DNA of 64,000 nucleotides from an uncultured Flavobacteriaceae bacterium (GTDB lineage Bacteria; Bacteroidota; Bacteroidia; Flavobacteriales; Flavobacteriaceae): NCBI GenBank assembly GCA_905479475.1, contig CAJQMT010000006.1, positions 1,260 to 65,259 of the forward strand, read 5' to 3'. Shown piece by piece: positions 58,551 to 64,000 of this stretch (position 1 is its first letter; each line of letters starts with the position of its first letter). The notes under the pieces were generated by a model. It saw only the letters and a program-made list of their open reading frames with translations, ran no database searches and was not told where the DNA came from. The position numbers and the translations under genes were made by a program.

Positions 58551-58949
58551 TCTTTGCCATTTTTTAAAGATGTGAGAGAAAATTAAAGGAGTGGTTTTTT
58601 ATCAAAAAGTACTCGAACTCACATTCAAAGCGTCCTTTTAAATTTAAAGCACACCAAGGAAACAACTATATTACCTTCAAATTCAAGGGTTTCAGATTTC
58701 AATTCTTGTGATTAAAAACGCATCTTTAATTGATCAGGTGAAAGACTATAAATGTTCTAACAAAGTTATTTTTTAAACAAATGTTTAACACATGTTTTTT
58801 GTGAAACACCTAAAAAAAGGAGGTCAATCTTCTTTTTATTTGTTAACTATGCAAAGAAAAATAGCTTTCAGTTCTTGATTAAATTTCCTCTTCCCCACGA
58901 TATTTTATAAAATTATAGGGCACTTGTAGTGTTTTAAAAAAAATGAATC

Positions 58950-60017
58950 ATGAGGAAAAGAGAATTGCTGTGTGCATTGTTGTTCTGCAACGCGCTTATT
59001 TCGCAAAATTTATTAGACACTTCTACTTGGACAATAGGTTCAGGTTCTGTAACGGGTTTTTCACAACATGGGCGTACTGCTGAGAACAGTAGAGCATATG
59101 GAAAAGACCGTTTGGGCAACAATGTTATTTTATGGAAAGCAACTCCAGATGCTACAAGTGGTGCAGATGGGGGTTGGAACAGTGCGTATTATTCTGTTGA
59201 TTCTAACAAACCATATCGTTTTTCGGTTTGGATCAAAAAGACAACCTCAACTTCTGGAACAACTTACTTTGGTTTTGATGAATCCAGTGATAAAATACGG
59301 GGGTTGAATGGCACGAGTCATGACAACCCCTATTTTTGGTCGGGTGATTTGCCGCGTTTGGGACGTTGGTATCTGTTGGTTGGTTTTGTCCACGAAAGTT
59401 CATACACCAGTAGGGCAAGTCAGGGGGCTATTTATGACGGAGTGACAGGAAAAATCGTAAAAAGCATCATGGACTATAAAATGGAGTCGTCGGCGGTATC
59501 TTTGCGACATCGATCTCATTTGTCTTACGATACGAATGCTTCCAACCAGCAGTATTTTTATGCGCCAAGAATGGAATTGCTCAGTGGTTCTGAACCCACC
59601 ATCCAAGATTTGTTAGGTGTTCATCCCGGTTCCAAAGTTACATTTACATACGATGTGGCAGGAAACCAAACTCATGTACTGTATTGTTCCGATCAATCGT
59701 GTACCACTTCTTCCAAATCTGCAGGAAAACAAAAGGAGGTGCTCAAGGAAGCGCCTCTAGAAATGATAGGGAATGTGGAAATTTACCCAAACCCAACCAA
59801 AGGAGCGTTTGTGCTACGATGGGAAAACGAAGCCGAAGATTTTGTAAGCAGGGTTACCCTGACTCATATAGCGAATGGGAACCAAATCAATTTGTCTTTT
59901 AAGGCGAATTTAAAAAGTATTGAGGTAGATATGACCTCATTTATGGAAGGTGTTTATATCGTCGAACTGCACTTGAAAAATGGGAAGAGACTTGCGAAAA
60001 AAATTGTAAAAATATAG
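58950..60017 (+). CDS. Secreted protein with a C-terminal T9SS sorting domain; the N-terminal part may be a beta-sandwich (CBM/ConA-like)
   Basis: Signal peptide LLCALLFCNALISQ. The C-terminal about 80 aa (VEIYPNPTKGAFVLRW...GVYIVELHLKNGKRLAKKIVKI) matches the Por_Secre_tail/type A CTD pattern. Confidence 0.8.
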   Translation: MRKRELLCALLFCNALISQNLLDTSTWTIGSGSVTGFSQHGRTAENSRAYGKDRLGNNVILWKATPDATSGADGGWNSAYYSVDSNKPYRFSVWIKKTTSTSGTTYFGFDESSDKIRGLNGTSHDNPYFWSGDLPRLGRWYLLVGFVHESSYTSRASQGAIYDGVTGKIVKSIMDYKMESSAVSLRHRSHLSYDTNASNQQYFYAPRMELLSGSEPTIQDLLGVHPGSKVTFTYDVAGNQTHVLYCSDQSCTTSSKSAGKQKEVLKEAPLEMIGNVEIYPNPTKGAFVLRWENEAEDFVSRVTLTHIANGNQINLSFKANLKSIEVDMTSFMEGVYIVELHLKNGKRLAKKIVKI

Positions 60018-60223
60018 AAGTCGGTAGTGCATTCTTGTGTGCGCTATTTCGTGTTTTAAAATGACAATCGTACAAGGGTAAAGGCTTTGTAAGAAACCTG
60101 TTTTTTGCCGCTATCGCAGGATTGTCGTTGTGAAATGGCATCGAAGGGACAATGAAATAATGATGCAAGAAGAGCCGAAGCAGACAATCACAAAAAAAAC
60201 GAATACAAAAATTAAAAAATAAA

Positions 60224-63200
60224 ATGATGCTAGAAAAGAAATATGTATTCGGCTTGCTGTTTTTGGTGGTAACAACGTTTGGGTTTGGACAAACCACCGA
60301 GAATTTGTTGCAAGATCCGTCAAAAAGAAGCTCGGTTAAAATTGAATTTAAAAAAATTCAAACAGATGAAAAAGCAACCACAATTTTAAAGAGCGCTGTC
60401 TCTGATGTGGATTCTGGTCAAAGTAAAAAGAGCGAAGAAGTAAACCAACAAAACAAGGCAAACAAAGCCCCTGTGTCAAATGCTTTGGCAAAAACAACCA
60501 CTTCAGCTTCTTCGGAAACAGCTGGAAGCACTGCGGGAGAATTTTCTGTTTCTTTGACAGGTGCTGCCACGTACAGCATTCCTTTTTCATTGCCTCCAGG
60601 TATCAAAGATTTGGTGCCCAATGTAGGTTTGTCTTTTAGCAGTCAGGCCGGCAATGGTTTGGCGGGTTGGGGCTGGAATGTTTCGGGACTCTCGACCATT
60701 AGCAGAATTCCTTCCACAAAAAAGCATGACGGGGTTATGGATCCTGTGGATTTTGATATCTTGGATCGTTTTTCCTTAGATGGACAACGGTTGGTGTTGA
60801 AAAGCGGGACTTACGGGGCTGCCAATTCAGAATACCAAACGGAGAATTATTCCAATACGAAAATTAGAGCCATAGGAACCTCTCCTTATGGGGCTTCCTA
60901 TGGTCCTTCTTATTTTGTGTTGCATTACCCCGATGGCAGCCGTGCTTGGTATGGGTACGCAGGAAATTCAAGAGGGCGTTTGGAATGGGCCTTGTATAAA
61001 AAACAAGATCCTCAGGGCAATGCTATCGTGTACAATTATGTACGAAGTGGAAATTTGCTGCGGATAGATAAAATTAAATACGGAGCTCGGAATAGACAAA
61101 CACCTCCAAATTATATTCAATTTAATTATAAAAGTAGAAATCGGCCAGAAAGATCGTATGTCAATGGAATCTTGTTTACAAGAAATCATATTTTGGACAA
61201 AATTTCGGTTTATGGCAAAAACACCTTGTATAGAAAATACCAACTGTTGCACAGTACCAGTTCTTTGAGTTACCAGAAATTGAGTCGCGTAACAGAATCC
61301 AATGCCCATGGAACTTCTTTTTCACCCATTCAATTTAGCTATCAAAATACTTCTTCTCAAACGATTCGAAAAGTTACACAAAACCATAGGATGTATCCTG
61401 GGGTGAATTATAAAACGAGCGTTCTTTTTGGAGGTGATTTTGATGGAGACGGTAAAACAGATGTGATAACCTATGACAAAAGCCAAAAAAACAAACTGAA
61501 TGTATTTACGGATTTGTACGAGTATTCAAATGTGAACTTAGCTTATGAAGTCACTACCAGCAATCGTTTTGAAACGGCTTTTGCTTCTAGGATTTTATCT
61601 TGGAATGGAAAGGTATTGGGGCAACAAGGAATAACAACGGTTACAAATTTGGTAGAGAAGAATCCAGACTATGTAGAGAAGAATTTAGATTATTACGATC
61701 CAAGAGGAGACTCCGAAGATGAAGAGATCCACACCACTCGTTTTCGAACCTTTGCCATGGCAGCTCATGGTCCCGTTTTTCAATACGACAAAGTTTGGAG
61801 ATCGCCTACCTATACTGACCAAGTATGTGATTTTGGATATGGTTCTCATTGGTATGAAGAAGAAGAGGAAAACACTGTGAGACGAGAAAAGAAAAAAATT
61901 CCGATGCACTATGTTTCCGGAGATTTTAATGGGGATGGTCTGACCGATGTGCTCGCTTTGGGAAAACCTTACACCTATCAATATAGCTATATAAGTTCTT
62001 ATAACAATTACTATAACAGTTACAATTACTTTGACAGTTACAATTACTTTGACAGTTATTATGGAGGCAGTAGTAGTTGTTATACCAGGACCTACACAAG
62101 AAAATACAAAAACGCCTATTTTATCGACTTGAAAAGAGATGCTAGTTCCGTTGGAAATTATGCCGGATCATTGCAACAAGCAATAAAAACCACCGATAGA
62201 ATTATACCTGCCGATTTTAACGGTGATGGCAAAACGGATATTTTCCATTTCACCGAAGGAAAAGTATTTGTTTATGAGCTGGATAAAAACAAGCGCTTGC
62301 ACTTAATTTACAGTCGCTCAGATTCGTATATCAAGTTAGAACACACGCCCTTGTTAGGAGATTTCAATGGAGATGGCAAAACGGATTTTATTTTTCCAAT
62401 AGCAAACAGAAGCACGAAGTGGCGATTTTATTTGTCAAAAGGAAAAAACATGTATGTGTATTCAAAGTCGATAGGTGTGAGGTATGAAAAAACAACAGGT
62501 ACTTGTAAAAAAGGTTCTTCCACTTGGAATGGTGTATACATTAAAGACCCGTACTATGAATACCACTATATGACCCAAGATGTCAACGGCGATGGAAAGT
62601 CTGATATTTTAAAACACAGAATATCCACACCGTGCAAAGACAACCGTGGAACGCATGAACAACTTGCGGTGTATACAAACAAGCAGTACGGTTCGAGTAC
62701 GCTGCCTTCCTTTGCATATAAAGGTTCTTATAGACATCAGTCCCGCGGCATAGGCTTGAATAAATTTGGAAGACCCTTGTTTTTAGAAGTCAAAGGAAGC
62801 AATAGTAGTCCAGAATATGTATATGTGGACGCAAATAGAATCCACGCCTACGAATTCCCGAAAAATCATTCAGAGGAGGTCACCTTAAAAAGTATTCAAA
62901 ACAATGAAGTGCTAACTGAGGTAAGCTTTCAAAAAATGGACGATGAATTCTATTATGACAATATTTATTCCAACGATTACAAGGAAACGTACCCCTACAC
63001 GAACATCAACATCGCCCCTTCTCTAAAATTGGTAAAGAAAGTTACGCAATCCGCTTCAGGCATTACCCAAACCCAAGATTATCGATACGGCGGTGCCGTT
63101 TCACATGCCCAAGGACTGGGTTTTCTTGGTTTTAAAACCTTTAAAAAAACCAACTGGTATGGCCATGGCGTGGGGAGACTGTGGAGTGTGTCTTTGCACA

Positions 63201-64000
63201 ATCCACAAAAACGAGGCGCTGTCACAAGCCAGTGGGTGTCCACTTCGTCTTCCACAACCCCACGAAATTACCTTCACAAAACCGATTATAGTTATACCAC
63301 TAGCACGGCAAGCAATGGGGTCTATACCATTTTGCCAACAAGGATTTCCAAAACAGATGCCTTGCAAGGGGTTACCACTGCACAAAACATTACCTATGAC
63401 AGCCATAACAACCCGCTAACCACCACCCACACTTTTCCAGGAGGTAGCAAGACCCTCAGCCATACCTATAGCCACAAGGCCTCGGCCGATGACCATACCT
63501 ATCATATTGGACGTCCGATAAAAATTGTGGAAACTAACACTTTGGGCGGTGAAACGTTTAGTACCGAACAGCAAATGACTTACAACAACAACCTGATTTC
63601 CACCCTAAAAAAGAAAGGAAATGGCTCTACAGGTTTTGTAACAGAAAGCTTTGTGTATGACGTTTTTGGAAATGTGACTCGTAAAACATTGCGTGCGTCT
63701 GGCATGGCCTCTAGAACCGAACGTTTTCAGTACGACAGCAGCGGTCGTTTTTTAATCAAAAGCACCGATATAGAAGGACTAGAAACCAAGTATACCTACA
63801 ACACCGCAAACGGAAATCCATTGACCATTACCAACCCCTACGGTTTAAAAACGACCTATGCCTATGACGGTTGGGGACGTGTACGCACGGAAACCAATTA
63901 TCTTACTAAAAGTACGACCTACTCTTATAGTACCTCTGGGAGAGGCAGTAGTTGGAGACTTTTGAAAACCACTGATTTTCCAGACGGAGGGCAAGAAACA
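60224..64000 (+). CDS. Giant polymorphic toxin precursor (signal peptide, SpvB-like, FG-GAP/VCBS-like Ca loops, TcdB-middle-like, RHS/YD repeats; Tc toxin BC-like), 5' part only
   Basis: I translated the frame from ATG 60224 and found no stop to the window end (1259 codons), so it is absent from the ORF track. Recognisable elements: signal peptide YVFGLLFLVVTTFGFGQ; SpvB-like FSVSLTGAATYSIPFSLPPG...GWGWNVSGLSTISR...FSLDGQRLV; five G/DDFxGDGKTD loops; YRYGGAVSHAQGLGFLGFK; YD repeats (YDSHNNPLTT, YDVFGNVTRK, FQYDSSGRFL, YAYDGWGRV). Confidence 0.88.
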   Translation, partial: MMLEKKYVFGLLFLVVTTFGFGQTTENLLQDPSKRSSVKIEFKKIQTDEKATTILKSAVSDVDSGQSKKSEEVNQQNKANKAPVSNALAKTTTSASSETAGSTAGEFSVSLTGAATYSIPFSLPPGIKDLVPNVGLSFSSQAGNGLAGWGWNVSGLSTISRIPSTKKHDGVMDPVDFDILDRFSLDGQRLVLKSGTYGAANSEYQTENYSNTKIRAIGTSPYGASYGPSYFVLHYPDGSRAWYGYAGNSRGRLEWALYKKQDPQGNAIVYNYVRSGNLLRIDKIKYGARNRQTPPNYIQFNYKSRNRPERSYVNGILFTRNHILDKISVYGKNTLYRKYQLLHSTSSLSYQKLSRVTESNAHGTSFSPIQFSYQNTSSQTIRKVTQNHRMYPGVNYKTSVLFGGDFDGDGKTDVITYDKSQKNKLNVFTDLYEYSNVNLAYEVTTSNRFETAFASRILSWNGKVLGQQGITTVTNLVEKNPDYVEKNLDYYDPRGDSEDEEIHTTRFRTFAMAAHGPVFQYDKVWRSPTYTDQVCDFGYGSHWYEEEEENTVRREKKKIPMHYVSGDFNGDGLTDVLALGKPYTYQYSYISSYNNYYNSYNYFDSYNYFDSYYGGSSSCYTRTYTRKYKNAYFIDLKRDASSVGNYAGSLQQAIKTTDRIIPADFNGDGKTDIFHFTEGKVFVYELDKNKRLHLIYSRSDSYIKLEHTPLLGDFNGDGKTDFIFPIANRSTKWRFYLSKGKNMYVYSKSIGVRYEKTTGTCKKGSSTWNGVYIKDPYYEYHYMTQDVNGDGKSDILKHRISTPCKDNRGTHEQLAVYTNKQYGSSTLPSFAYKGSYRHQSRGIGLNKFGRPLFLEVKGSNSSPEYVYVDANRIHAYEFPKNHSEEVTLKSIQNNEVLTEVSFQKMDDEFYYDNIYSNDYKETYPYTNINIAPSLKLVKKVTQSASGITQTQDYRYGGAVSHAQGLGFLGFKTFKKTNWYGHGVGRLWSVSLHNPQKRGAVTSQWVSTSSSTTPRNYLHKTDYSYTTSTASNGVYTILPTRISKTDALQGVTTAQNITYDSHNNPLTTTHTFPGGSKTLSHTYSHKASADDHTYHIGRPIKIVETNTLGGETFSTEQQMTYNNNLISTLKKKGNGSTGFVTESFVYDVFGNVTRKTLRASGMASRTERFQYDSSGRFLIKSTDIEGLETKYTYNTANGNPLTITNPYGLKTTYAYDGWGRVRTETNYLTKSTTYSYSTSGRGSSWRLLKTTDFPDGGQET
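62018..62053 (+). repeat. Exact 18-bp tandem duplication AGTTACAATTACTTTGAC x2 (plus a partial third unit) inside the toxin ORF
   Basis: Read directly from the sequence. It encodes SYNYFD-SYNYFD within a Tyr/Asn/Ser-rich segment. Confidence 0.95.

Noticed and set aside
59941-60621. Minus-strand ORFs 59941-60297, 60111-60323, 60348-60590 and 60418-60621
   Set aside because: They are antisense to the 3' end of the T9SS-protein gene, the intergenic region and the 5' part of the toxin ORF. They have no motifs.
60968-63419. ORFs 60968-61309(-), 61685-61981(-), 63093-63419(+) and 63101-63406(-)
   Set aside because: They are nested inside the continuous 1259-codon SpvB/RHS reading frame.
1-64000. 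Search by eye for tRNA, rRNA, tmRNA, RNase P RNA, CRISPR arrays, IS elements and integrases
   Set aside because: None was recognised in any intergenic region longer than 200 bp (5419-5710, 12892-13414, 16301-16582, 17030-17344, 21941-22216, 55951-56210, 58551-58949, 60018-60223). tRNAscan/Infernal would be needed to exclude small RNAs rigorously.

Overview
Low-GC Bacteroidota (Flavobacteriia-like) chromosomal window made of four blocks. (i) 1-12.9 kb is a visibly very AT-rich, tightly packed minus-strand gene train. It encodes a divergent Bacteroidetes-type (CTnDOT-like) conjugative type IV secretion system: TraE-like pilin, TraK, TraM, TraN, TraG/VirB4 ATPase, TraJ-like, a possible TraF-like protein, and a coupling ATPase that runs off the left edge. 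About ten small secreted or membrane ORFs are interleaved that I cannot assign to any family. (ii) 13.3-17.9 kb is a transition zone holding an ECF sigma factor, a secreted TPR protein, orphan lipoproteins and a small membrane protein. (iii) 18-58.5 kb is ordinary core genome: patatin, M1 aminopeptidase, XRE regulator, M14-like peptidase, Lrp, cysS-yidD-lgt, clpB, ytxJ, glyA, Nif3, lpxK, M28 peptidase, FecCD-type ABC importer, rdgB, a Kv-like channel, a DnaQ/GIY-YIG fusion, yggS, modABC, a YdiJ-like FAD/Fe-S oxidase, lptB, tatC, kdsD, recQ, two tandem ppk2, Smr, a cysteine desulfurase and an MBL hydrolase. (iv) 58.9-64 kb holds a T9SS-sorted protein followed by a giant ORF with a signal peptide and SpvB / FG-GAP / TcdB-mid / RHS-repeat regions (Tc-toxin BC-like). 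That ORF runs off the right edge. I recognised no rRNA, tRNA, CRISPR array, transposase, integrase or relaxase. Best candidates for something new are: the re-ordered, largely unassignable T4SS cluster with four tandem secreted helical ORFs; the G8/G7/G5 homopolymer tracts flanking the divergent traE / sigma-factor control region; a five-copy palindromic operator array between the XRE regulator and the M14-like peptidase; and the Tc/Rhs-like toxin locus with a Tyr/Asn-rich tandem-duplicated insert. All functional calls come from reading translated motifs by eye; no database search was run.
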